NCBI GenBank assembly: GCA_963716325.1
Contig: CAVQTH010000045.1
Location: forward strand, 1,505-65,504
DNA length: 64,000 nucleotides
Source: an uncultured delta proteobacterium
Lineage (GTDB): Bacteria; Desulfobacterota; Desulfobacteria; Desulfobacterales; SpSt-501
Reading direction: 5' to 3'
The notes under the pieces were generated by a model. It was not told where the DNA came from. It saw nothing but the letters and a program-made list of their open reading frames with translations, and ran no database searches. Every line of letters starts with the position of its first letter. Within the stretch, counting starts at the first letter, position 1. A program made the translations under genes and the position numbers. Below, in pieces: positions 49,393 through 58,493 of the stretch.

Positions 49393-49836
49393 ATGAAAAT
49401 CTTGACTGCCCCACGCATGGAACGCTGCATCGGCTGCCACTCCTGCTCGCTCGCGTGCGCACGCCAGGTGCACAAGAACCTGTCCTGGAACACGGCCGGC
49501 ATCCGCATCGCCTCCTCCGGCGGGCTGTCCACCGGCTTCGAGGCCCGCACCTGCCTCGCCTGCGACCCGGCGCCCTGCGCCGCAGCCTGCCCCACCGGCG
49601 CCTACTCGCAGCGCAAGGGCGGCGGGGTGGTCGTGCGCAAGAAGCTGTGCATCCGCTGCGGGGAGTGCGCCCGCGCCTGCCCGGTGGATGCCGTTTACCT
49701 GGCGGCGGACGGCGAGCCCTTCGTGTGCATCCACTGCGGACGCTGCGTGCCCTTCTGCCCCCACGACTGCCTGGAGCACAAAGAGATCGGGGGCGAGGCG
49801 GCCGCTGAAGCGGCGGCCGGTGGAGGTGAATCATGA
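49393..49836 (+). CDS. 4Fe-4S dicluster ferredoxin-like protein (AOR-associated electron-transfer subunit)
   Basis: CIGCHSCSLAC, CLACDPAPCAAACP, CIRCGECARACP and CIHCGRCVPFCP cluster motifs. Its stop overlaps the aor start. Confidence 0.8.
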   Translation: MKILTAPRMERCIGCHSCSLACARQVHKNLSWNTAGIRIASSGGLSTGFEARTCLACDPAPCAAACPTGAYSQRKGGGVVVRKKLCIRCGECARACPVDAVYLAADGEPFVCIHCGRCVPFCPHDCLEHKEIGGEAAAEAAAGGGES

Positions 49837-51626
49837 TCCGGGACCATTTCCGCGTGATGCGGGTCGACCTGAACACGGCCCGGGGCGAGATCCTGACGCT
49901 GGAGGGCCGCGATCTTTACGCGGGCGGCAGCGGCCTGGCGGCCCTCTTGTTTGCCAAGTTCGCCCGGCCGGACAAACCCTGGGACGACCCCGACCAGCCG
50001 CTCATATTCGCCATCGGGCCCCTGACCGGCCTCTTCCCCCTCATGAGCAAGACGGTCTGCGCGTTCAAGTCCCCCTACCACAACCAGTTCGCCGAGAGCC
50101 ACGGCGGCGGGCGCTCGGCCCTCGCTTTGCGGTTTGCCGACCTCGATGCACTGGTCGTCACCGGCAAGGCACGGACGCTCAGCTGTCTGTCCATCGGCTC
50201 CCGCCACATGGAAGTCAAAGACGTGCACTTCATGCGCGGCTTCGACATCCACGCCACGGGCAAACTCTTGCGGCGCATGTTCCCCGGCGCCGGGCACCGC
50301 AGCATCCTGCGCATCGGGCCGGCGGGCGAGAGTCTGTCCGCCATGGCCTGCGTCATCGTCGACACCTACCGCCACTTCGGCCGCCTCGGCGCCGGCGCCG
50401 TCATGGGCGTGAAGAACCTCAAAGGCATCGCCATCCAGGGGGACGGCTCCTTCCCGCTGCCCGAGGGCAAGGACTACCCCAAACTTTTCCAGGACGTCTA
50501 CGGCCTGCTGACCGGAACGGAAATGATGCACAAGTACCACAACCTCGGGACGGCCGAGAACGTGATCGTGCTGAACGAGCTCAAGGCGCTGCCCTTCCGC
50601 AACCTGCAGCGGACGAGCGACCCCTCGGCCGTCGAGATCAGCGGGGAAAAGTTCGCGGAGAAAACGCTGCTGCGCAACGCAGCCTGCGCCGGCTGCCCGG
50701 TCGGCTGCATCCACCTGGGGTTCGTGCGCGAAAAATTCATGGAACCCAACCAGTACCTCTACCGGCAGGTGTCCTACGACCATGAACCGATTTTCGCCGT
50801 GGGCTGCATGCTGGCGGTGACCGACCCCTTCGCGGCTCTCGACATCATGGAGGAAGCGGACAAGGTGGGCCTTGACGTCATGTCGGCCGGCGTGGCGCTC
50901 GCCTGGGCCACGGAGGCGAGTGAGAAGGGGCTCGTCTCCCCCGTCGAGACCGTCGTGCCCCTGCGCTTCGGGGACGCGGCCGCCTTTCAGCAGGCCATGT
51001 GGCACCTGGCGCGCGGGGAAAACGAATTCTACCGCCTGCTCGCCTCAGGCACCCTGCACGCCGCCGAGCGCTTCGGCGGGGCGGACTTCGCCTGCGTCCT
51101 GGGCCAGGAAATGGCGGGCTACGCAACCGGCGAAGTCTTCTTCGTATCCCAGGCCCTGGGGCTCAGGCACTCGCACTTGGATTCCGGCGGCTACTCCTTC
51201 GACCAGAAGCACACCGAGAAGGACGCGGCCAAGGCGGTCGAGTTCCTTATAACCGATGAAGCCAGCCGCTGCTTCCTTACGTCCATGGTGTCCTGCCTGT
51301 TTGCGCGCGGGGTTTACACCGAGGCCCGCCTGGCGGAGTGCCTGAAAGCGGTGGGGTACACCGCTTTGGCCGAAAACATCGGGGCGGTGTCCCAGCGGGT
51401 CCAGCGCGAGCGCTGGCGCTTGCGGTTGGCGACGGGCTACGAGCCCGAGCGTGTCGAGATCCCGAAGCGTTTCTCAGAGGTCGTCACCTGGAAAGGACCC
51501 ATCGATGGGCAATACCTGTCGGATCTGAAAGCGGAATACAGCCGGCGCATTCGCACCCTCGCCGCCGAAGCCGCACAACCCGGCGGCGCCGATGCCGAAC
51601 CCCGGGAAAAGAGAAAAAAAGAATGA
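49833..51626 (+). CDS. aor: Aldehyde:ferredoxin oxidoreductase family (tungstopterin enzyme)
   Basis: 597 aa. AOR N-domain (LYAGGSGLAA..PLIFAIGPLTG..KSPYHNQFAESHGGG) and Cys ligands within CAGCPVGCIH. Confidence 0.88.
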   Translation: MIRDHFRVMRVDLNTARGEILTLEGRDLYAGGSGLAALLFAKFARPDKPWDDPDQPLIFAIGPLTGLFPLMSKTVCAFKSPYHNQFAESHGGGRSALALRFADLDALVVTGKARTLSCLSIGSRHMEVKDVHFMRGFDIHATGKLLRRMFPGAGHRSILRIGPAGESLSAMACVIVDTYRHFGRLGAGAVMGVKNLKGIAIQGDGSFPLPEGKDYPKLFQDVYGLLTGTEMMHKYHNLGTAENVIVLNELKALPFRNLQRTSDPSAVEISGEKFAEKTLLRNAACAGCPVGCIHLGFVREKFMEPNQYLYRQVSYDHEPIFAVGCMLAVTDPFAALDIMEEADKVGLDVMSAGVALAWATEASEKGLVSPVETVVPLRFGDAAAFQQAMWHLARGENEFYRLLASGTLHAAERFGGADFACVLGQEMAGYATGEVFFVSQALGLRHSHLDSGGYSFDQKHTEKDAAKAVEFLITDEASRCFLTSMVSCLFARGVYTEARLAECLKAVGYTALAENIGAVSQRVQRERWRLRLATGYEPERVEIPKRFSEVVTWKGPIDGQYLSDLKAEYSRRIRTLAAEAAQPGGADAEPREKRKKE

Positions 51627-51713
51627 GGAGAATTCACCGGAGAAGGCTCAATCTCGGCAAAAGGCCCGGTTATCGAAAGAGCAGCAGACCTATTCTCGAT
51701 GAGAAGGGGTTCC

Positions 51714-52724
51714 TTACTCGACCTTCTTCCATGTCTTATCGGGATCGAACGACGTCATCGCCTTTGCGGTCTTCGCGGTGTTTTTGCCGAGGTCCTTCTC
51801 GTAAACCACCCCTTCGTGGTTCACCACAAATGTCATGACACCGGAACTTCCATATACTGCCGGATACGCAACCACGGCAAACCCGCCGATCATTTTGTTT
51901 TTTACGACGTAATCAAACGCCCCGCCGGAGGCATGTTTCCCCTGCTTCTTCAGCAGCCTGAAATAGTAGCCGTGAAAGGGAATGGGGCCTTGCTTCGGTC
52001 CGGTCCGGGTGTACCCCTCGGCCCGTGCATCGGCCACCAGTTCACCTAAAGGGCTCGGCCCCTCGCCTTCCTTCGTCTCCCAGTAGAGGCCATTCTTCTT
52101 GCCGGGATCGCTCCGTAATTTTTCTGCGTACGCGCGGAGTCCGTCGTTGTCACGGTCAATCAGCGCGTATTCACGCTGCGCATCGACTATGGCAAGCAGG
52201 GTCTGCACCGTGCTTAACTCGTCCTCTCCGATCCTGCGGTTCAGGATCTCCTCCTTCCCCGCCTGTGTATCAAAAATCCACTGGTCTCCCCTTTTCACCA
52301 AGGGAATCGGAAAGGGCCAATCCTTCTCCCCGACCACCAGGACCATCTTGGCTCCTTCCTGGGTGATGCTGTTCTTCCGGTCATAATCGCTGATAAACAT
52401 CTCCCGCCGCTGTTTGTCCCTGACAGGGTCCCCTGAAGATATCAGCTCTTTTGCCGCCGTACCGAAGATCGACAGCAGCGCCTGCTCATCATTCGATCGC
52501 ATAGCGGTCGCAAAGGCATTTACCGCCTCATCCGGAGTTGCGAACCCCTTCTGTTTGACGGCTGCATCAGCCTTAACCCCGACAATAATAATGATCATGG
52601 CGACAACCGCCGCTGCAAAAAGCCGAAATGCAAAACGCGCGGATGGACCTTTTTTATTTTTTTCTGGAAGCATCGTTGTTTTCTCCCTTGAACCTTCCTG
52701 CATTGACGATCGGTATGTTTTCAT
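51714..52724 (-). CDS. DUF2950 family protein
   Basis: 336 aa. N-terminal anchor, then DWPFPIPLVK, YAEKLRSDPGKKNGLYWE, FHGYYFRLL and GGFAVVAYPAVYGSSGVMTFVVN, typical of DUF2950. Confidence 0.75.
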   Translation of the reverse strand: MKTYRSSMQEGSREKTTMLPEKNKKGPSARFAFRLFAAAVVAMIIIIVGVKADAAVKQKGFATPDEAVNAFATAMRSNDEQALLSIFGTAAKELISSGDPVRDKQRREMFISDYDRKNSITQEGAKMVLVVGEKDWPFPIPLVKRGDQWIFDTQAGKEEILNRRIGEDELSTVQTLLAIVDAQREYALIDRDNDGLRAYAEKLRSDPGKKNGLYWETKEGEGPSPLGELVADARAEGYTRTGPKQGPIPFHGYYFRLLKKQGKHASGGAFDYVVKNKMIGGFAVVAYPAVYGSSGVMTFVVNHEGVVYEKDLGKNTAKTAKAMTSFDPDKTWKKVE

Positions 52725-52726
52725 GG

Positions 52727-54007
52727 CTACCTCCTGCCTCCACCGCCGCCGCGGCCGCCGCCGCCACCGCCACCCCGGCCGCCGCCACCGCCGCCCCTCG
52801 ATGCGGCACCGCTCATGCCGCCGCCACCCCCGCTGCCGGATGACATGCTCTGGCGGCTGGAACTGCCGCGATTGCTGGCATCACGTGTGGCGCTTCCGCC
52901 CCGGTCCATGCCTGAAAAGGCGCTGTCTCTCTGACCGGACAAATCCCGCCCCCCGGCCTCCCTGGTTCCTGCCTTGCCTTCAAGGCCGCCTCGCTGGCCG
53001 GCACCCTGGCTGCCCCTGGACTGGTCAGCGCCTCCGCGGGCCATATCCTGCCGGCCGGTGTCGGCACGTCCCCGGAAATTTTCCCTGGACTGAACGGCAT
53101 CATTGGTTGATGCCCGGTTGAACTTCTGTCCCGTTGCCTGGTCCCGGTATGAGACCCCTTTGCGATGCTCGGGGTTGTGCTGCCAGTTCCCCTGGCCGCC
53201 CTGATATTGCTTTGCATAGTTGCCGCGGTTGATGTTGTTGTTGATATTGGTATTTCGGTTGATATCGACATCGACATCGCCGCCGTTCCAGTTGCAGCCG
53301 CCCCACGCATACCCCCAGGCGGCGCCGACCGCCATCCCGACTCCAAAGGATAACAGGGCCGTCCCGGCCACATATCCCGGCGGATAGTAGGGGGTGGGCG
53401 GATAAGCCGGGTATGGCCATGCGCCGTAGACGACCGTCGGGTTGTAGGTCGGCACATAGACGACCTGGGGGCTGGCAGACTGAATGATGATCGTCTCCTT
53501 CTCGACGATCACTTGCTGCTCCTGCGTGGTCTTCAGGTTGCCCGCTTCCACGGCCTTCTTCCGAAGCGCCTGGACCGTGGCCATGACGTCTTTTTGTTGT
53601 GCGAGGAATGCGTCGCCCAGCTTCTGCGTCCAGTCAAGCTTTTCGCTCATCATGGTCAGCACCTGCGGAAAGTTGACGAGGGACTTGACGCTCGGGTCCC
53701 ACGGTTGTTTCTCAAGCGCCGCCGTCAGGGCATCTCCCTTGAGGGTCGTATTCTGCTTGGCCCAGCGGTCTGCCTGCACCACTTCCAGGGGATAGGTCGA
53801 GGCCATGAAGATCTGGGCCAACAGCGAATCGGGATAGAGGGCGATCGGCGCCAGCATCTGGTCCAGCTCCTCCTGTTTGAAAACAGGTTGGTCCGCCTGC
53901 TGCCCGAACGTCCCCGGCGGGACCGCCATCATGAGCACGAGGACCAAGGCCAGGGCACGCGCGCATTTTTCTCTCATTCCTCTTAATTTCATAACATCTC
54001 CTTTCAT
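52727..54007 (-). CDS. DUF3300 family protein with a Gly/Arg-rich C-terminal tail
   Basis: 426 aa. Signal peptide, LAPIALYPDSLLAQIFMASTYPLEVVQADRW (DUF3300 signature) and the tail GGGGGRGGGGGGGRGGGGGRR. Confidence 0.75.
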   Translation of the reverse strand: MKGDVMKLRGMREKCARALALVLVLMMAVPPGTFGQQADQPVFKQEELDQMLAPIALYPDSLLAQIFMASTYPLEVVQADRWAKQNTTLKGDALTAALEKQPWDPSVKSLVNFPQVLTMMSEKLDWTQKLGDAFLAQQKDVMATVQALRKKAVEAGNLKTTQEQQVIVEKETIIIQSASPQVVYVPTYNPTVVYGAWPYPAYPPTPYYPPGYVAGTALLSFGVGMAVGAAWGYAWGGCNWNGGDVDVDINRNTNINNNINRGNYAKQYQGGQGNWQHNPEHRKGVSYRDQATGQKFNRASTNDAVQSRENFRGRADTGRQDMARGGADQSRGSQGAGQRGGLEGKAGTREAGGRDLSGQRDSAFSGMDRGGSATRDASNRGSSSRQSMSSGSGGGGGMSGAASRGGGGGGRGGGGGGGRGGGGGRR

Positions 54008-54059
54008 CAGCCGGGGCTGCAGACTCCAAACTTTAAAAAACGTGTCATCGTGCGTCCCC

Positions 54060-55952
54060 TCAGGGCTCCTTCAAGTTTTCGAGGAGAATCCGGCGCACCT
54101 CCTCGATGGCCAGCGGCGATTCCTGCGCGGAGTGGCCGGAGTGGACGATGAGCTCGGAGGCGACGCCATCGATGTGGGCGCTGCTGAAGGCCACCACGCC
54201 GTCATCCCACTCTGCCTTCGGGTCTTCGGGGTTGTCCACGGCAATGATGGAGTGGGCGATGATGCCCGGCGCGATGGGGATCGACGCAAAGGTTTTGATG
54301 AACTCGCTGTCGGGGTTCATGTTGTCGGTGCTGCGCGGGATTTCAGCCTTCATCGCACGTGTCGTGACGGCCTCGGGACTCCTTTGGAAAACCTCCTGCA
54401 GCGGGCTGAGAAGCGTGAGGGGCAGCGAAATCAGACGCCTCAACAAATCGGTGATATAGCCTCCAGATAGATGGCTGCCGCGGTGCGGCGTGGAGATGAA
54501 GACGACATGCCGGACAAAAGGCAGGGGTTCGTAGTAGAGGCTGCGCCGGAACAGCTCGCGCGAATCGGATGAGAGATTAATCTGATCGATGGGGACGTTG
54601 AAAACGCGATCCCAGAAACGATCGCCGCTGTCGATGGCGGTCAGCTTTGTGAGCAGCCCCCCTTGACTGTGTCCGATGACCACCATCTTCCGCAGGGCGT
54701 CATCCTTGCCCGCGGGGTCGAGTTCCTGAACCACGCTGCGGAGCCCTTGCGTGAGGATCCCGCCGGAGTACAGAATGGGGTTGCCGGTGTTGTAGGTGAA
54801 CAGCCAGACCTGGTAACGGTTCCACAATTCCCGGTCGTTGAGAATTTCATTGAGCATTTGCGCCCACCGCGCCGGGCTGGAGGCTGTTCCGTGAACGAGC
54901 ACCAGCGGGATCCGGCCGGGACGGTAAGGCGCCATGAGAAACACGTTGTCCTTGAACCGGGCGGTGTCCTTGAACAGTTCGAGGTCCCCCGAGAGCAGTC
55001 CCTTGAGCTCCAGCGCGTAAACCTGGGCCCCTTCCAGGGTGTAGGCCAGGGCGGAGGTCAGCCCGAACTCCAGGGGAACCGTGCGGCCGCCGACGCTGAC
55101 CGATGTGCTTTCCTGGGTGGTGTAGAGCGCCAGGTTTCCCTCCAACCGGCCGTCGCGGAGCCCGGCTTCGACGTTTTCCAGGCGCAGGAAGGCAGTCGCC
55201 GCCATTTTCAGCGACGGGGGGACTCGGGTGAAGGCCGCTTCCTGCTCTCCCTGGACGTGTTTCAGGCTGGCAACCAGAGCCGACCCGATCCCCGGCCAGC
55301 GATAATCATTGTGAAGGCCGCGCACACCGAGACGGGAGGCGGCCACGAAATTATCCATGCGGAACGGACCCCAGCGAAACTCGTTCGGATCGATGCGAAC
55401 GAGGAGTTCTCCGAAGGGGAGCTTGTAAGTGCCAGCCTCCAGCAGCACTTCCTTGGTTTCTTTATCGGTGAACCCTTCCGCAATCCCCTGGTTGTAGATA
55501 TCGACGGCGGTTCGCAGGCGCGGATCAAACGCGTCGGGAATGCTGCCGGCATCCGGGGGAAAAAGAAATGCGTATGCGTACACGGCCGCGGAGAGGAAGT
55601 AGGACCGATCCCCACGTTTTGTCGCATGCAGGAAGGAAAGCTCCGCCAGGGCAAATAGCCGGTCGGCCTCGCGGGCAGTGGGGATGCCCTTGTTCAGCGC
55701 GGCAATCACCTCGGCCGGTTCGCTCTGGAACTTCTTGCCCAACCCGGACCGATTGAGGATCTGCAGCGTCGGGGCGCTCAACTGATCGTCCGATAAAACG
55801 CTTTCGGTCAGTCTGCGGTTGGCCTCCTTTAAATCCAGGTGGCGCACACCCACGGGCGTGGCGCACCCTGACAGGGCGAGCACCGCGGCGAGGAAAAAAG
55901 CGCAAGCCATGCGCCACATGTTCGGACTAACCGTCTGGCGAGTCTTCATCAC
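54060..55952 (-). CDS. Lipoprotein alpha/beta-hydrolase (esterase/lipase-like)
   Basis: 630 aa. Lipobox LALSGC, LVLVHGTASSP and the nucleophile elbow VIGHSQGG. Confidence 0.7.
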   Translation of the reverse strand: MMKTRQTVSPNMWRMACAFFLAAVLALSGCATPVGVRHLDLKEANRRLTESVLSDDQLSAPTLQILNRSGLGKKFQSEPAEVIAALNKGIPTAREADRLFALAELSFLHATKRGDRSYFLSAAVYAYAFLFPPDAGSIPDAFDPRLRTAVDIYNQGIAEGFTDKETKEVLLEAGTYKLPFGELLVRIDPNEFRWGPFRMDNFVAASRLGVRGLHNDYRWPGIGSALVASLKHVQGEQEAAFTRVPPSLKMAATAFLRLENVEAGLRDGRLEGNLALYTTQESTSVSVGGRTVPLEFGLTSALAYTLEGAQVYALELKGLLSGDLELFKDTARFKDNVFLMAPYRPGRIPLVLVHGTASSPARWAQMLNEILNDRELWNRYQVWLFTYNTGNPILYSGGILTQGLRSVVQELDPAGKDDALRKMVVIGHSQGGLLTKLTAIDSGDRFWDRVFNVPIDQINLSSDSRELFRRSLYYEPLPFVRHVVFISTPHRGSHLSGGYITDLLRRLISLPLTLLSPLQEVFQRSPEAVTTRAMKAEIPRSTDNMNPDSEFIKTFASIPIAPGIIAHSIIAVDNPEDPKAEWDDGVVAFSSAHIDGVASELIVHSGHSAQESPLAIEEVRRILLENLKEP

Positions 55953-56306
55953 ATCCCCCTGATATTGTTTGCCCCACCTCTTTTACCTTTTCGAGAGTGC
56001 CTTGGGCAAGGGTAATCTTAGCCGGCAGACAGCAGCAGGCTCGTCGGGTCAATGATGAATCTAATAGTCGGTCGTCGGCTTGTTAAGTCCCATTTAAAAG
56101 AAGCTCTTAGAAGCCAAAGGATTCGACCTATGCGATTAAGGCAAACCTACGCAAAATTGCACCTTCCCTAAGCTAAACTAACGAGCTTGGCACCCCGCCA
56201 AAGATTCGTTCCAGGGCACGGAGTCCAATCACCCTGAGGTTCGTGTGATTTTTTGTTGCCTATTGAAAGGTTAGCTGGGCATAGGATATCATCCGATGTA
56301 TTACCG

Positions 56307-56327
56307 AAGTATCAATCTTTGATACTT
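56307..56327. promoter_or_regulatory. 9-bp perfect inverted repeat upstream of the candidate selenoprotein gene
   Basis: aagtatcaa-tct-ttgatactt, about 38 nt before the ATG at 56365. Confidence 0.45.
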
Positions 56328-56364
56328 ACCACTAACTGAGAATTGCCTACTGAAGGAGATCAAA

Positions 56365-57183
56365 ATGGGTGAAAAGAGAGCAGCGTTGTCCCGCCGCGAC
56401 TTCATGTCTGCGGCCGGTCTTTTTGCTGCCGGCGGCATTGCGGGGTGCGCGAGCCATGCAGTGTCTGCCCAGCAACCGGCGGCACCCGAGCCTCCGCCAT
56501 TGCCGTGGAAGTGGACGAAGCTCGATCCGCTGGAAGCGGGCCGCAGGGCCTACCGCGGCTACCTCACGAAGCCGCCGGGCGGGTGAGGGTACGGCACTTG
56601 GCTGGGGTTCTCCAGCCTGCTGAAGGAAAAAGTCGGCTATCCCTGGACGACGCTTCCTGCGAACATGTTCGTACATGCCGGGCAGGGCTACGCCGGTCAC
56701 GGGACGCTCTGCGGCGCTCTGGGTGTCAGCTCGTACGTTATCAACATGGCCTGCTACGACGACAAGCAGAGCTATGCGGCCATCATCGACCGGATGATGT
56801 ACTGGTATTCCGGGATGAAGTTTCCGACCGAACGGTTCGACGACATTTCGGCTTGCCCCAAGCAGATCCAGACCCAGGCGATGACCCCCCTTTGTCACAC
56901 CTCGGTTTCGAAGTGGACGCTTGCGGCCGGAGCCGAAGTCACCTCCAAGGAAAAGTACGAAAGATGCGCGAAGGTGGCAGGCGAAGTTGTCTACACCGTT
57001 GTGTATTACCTCAACGAATATTTCGACGGGAGGTGGAAGCCGGTTCAGTGGACGCCCTCGGAAAACATCGCCCATTGCATTCAGTGCCATGGGCCGGAGA
57101 CCTTCCCGGACTACACCGACGGCATGAACCAGCAGCAGGGGCATATGGAATGCCTGCTCTGCCATACGGACCACACCAAATAA
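56365..57183 (+). CDS. Candidate selenoprotein: Tat-signal, C_GCAxxG_C_C-type Cys-cluster domain plus two C-terminal CxxCH haem motifs (split-Soret cytochrome c-like); in-frame UGA at 56584-56586
   Basis: ORFs 56365-56586 and 56665-57183 share a frame (offset 300 nt). The only interruption is TGA at 56584, and read-through gives ...LTKPPGG-U-GYGTWLGFSSLLKEKVGYPWTTLPANMFVHAGQGYAGHGTLCGALGV. Also present: the SRRDFM twin-arginine motif, CIQCH and CLLCH. A GGAG lies 7 nt before the ATG. Confidence 0.6.
56600..56617 (+). promoter_or_regulatory. Candidate bacterial SECIS stem-loop
   Basis: GGCUGG-GGUUCU-CCAGCC. The stem starts 13 nt after the UGA (56584-56586). The apical loop begins with GGU, about 19 nt after the UGA. 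Confidence 0.45.
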
Positions 57184-57455
57184 TGCGGCGGTCGAGGATC
57201 TGTCCCGATATCCGGACTGGACCCTGCAGGTTGCCAACGTCCCGGCCGTCATCACTTGCACCGACCCGATGGCCGAGAAACACCCCGAATGGGTCGTCAC
57301 GTTCATGAAGGGCATGATCAAAGTGGGCCGCACCGGAATTCCTCGAAGCAGCGGCGAAAGAACTGATCAAGGAACGCTGGGAGAAGGTAACCATGGAAAA
57401 GCTTCCTACGCCTGCGGCACGGCTCGGGTAGGGAAGCTCTCAGGAGGGTATTCGT

Positions 57456-57917
57456 ATGAAGCAGTTATGCATGTGTGTTTTGATGGTGATCTTGCTGATT
57501 TCTCAGGCCTATGCCCAACAGTACGTGTATCCTGCAAAAGGGCAGACGCCCGAACAGCAGAAGAGCGACGAGGCCGCCTGTTACACGTGGGCGATCCAGC
57601 AGACCGGATTCGATCCGGCTAACCCTTCAGCCCAACAGCAGGCGGCAAAACCTCCGGCCACCGCTACGGGAACCAAGCCCGGGGCCGGGGTTCGCGGTGC
57701 TGCAAAAGGCGCTGTGGTAGGCGAGGTGGTGGGTGATGACGCGCAAGCAGGAGCCGCGGCGGGGGCGGTTGCCGGGCGCAGTCAAAGCCGAAGACAAACC
57801 GCGGCTGCTTCCCAGCAGGCCACTCAGCAGCAGCAAGCTGCGGTGCATGAAAAACAGACTGCCTTTAACAAGGCGCGGGCTGCATGCCTCGAAGGCAAGG
57901 GGTATACCGTAAAATGA
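57456..57917 (+). CDS. Secreted Gly/Ala/Gln-rich protein (glycine-zipper-like) of unknown function
   Basis: 153 aa. Signal peptide, a conserved-looking YVYPAKGQTPEQQKSDEAACYTWA and a C-terminal ACLEGKGYTV. Confidence 0.55.
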   Translation: MKQLCMCVLMVILLISQAYAQQYVYPAKGQTPEQQKSDEAACYTWAIQQTGFDPANPSAQQQAAKPPATATGTKPGAGVRGAAKGAVVGEVVGDDAQAGAAAGAVAGRSQSRRQTAAASQQATQQQQAAVHEKQTAFNKARAACLEGKGYTVK

Positions 57918-57984
57918 TTTTTCAACCCGTGTCGTTGAGCATCTGATCGGATTGGTGAGCGGACCCATAAAAGGAGAAAAACCT

Positions 57985-58473
57985 ATGAAAGCAAAGAAGG
58001 CAATCATGATCACGGTATTGGGCTTAATCATGTCGCTGGGAGCCATGCCCTCGGCCTCCCAGGAAAAGCCGTCGGACAACATGCAGGTTGTCGTCGAGAA
58101 GATCCGCGCCGATAAGAAGCTCTTGGTCGCAGAGAACATGCAGCTTACCGAAGCTGAAGCTAAAGCCTTCTGGCCGGTCTATAAACAGTATCAAGATGAA
58201 CTGTTTCTGCTTCGCACACGGACCGTGAAATTGATCAAGGACTATTCGGACGCCTATGCGACCATGAACAACAATACGGCGAAGAAGCTGCTGGACGAGT
58301 ATATGACCATAGAGGCCCTGGGACCGAAACTTCGTCAGGCCTATCTCCCAAAGTTCCGCAAAGCTTTGCCCGAGGTAAAGGTATTACGCTACTATCAGAT
58401 CGAGAACAAGATCCAGGCCGCATTGATATATGAACTTGCTGCCAATATCCCGCTCGTGAAATTGGACAAGTAG
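57985..58473 (+). CDS. Secreted helical protein of unknown function
   Basis: Signal peptide MKAKKAIMITVLGLIMSLGAMPSAS. ATG 57985 follows AAGGAG. No motif recognised. Confidence 0.55.
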   Translation: MKAKKAIMITVLGLIMSLGAMPSASQEKPSDNMQVVVEKIRADKKLLVAENMQLTEAEAKAFWPVYKQYQDELFLLRTRTVKLIKDYSDAYATMNNNTAKKLLDEYMTIEALGPKLRQAYLPKFRKALPEVKVLRYYQIENKIQAALIYELAANIPLVKLDK

Positions 58474-58493
58474 TTGTAAAAAGGGAGGAACCG

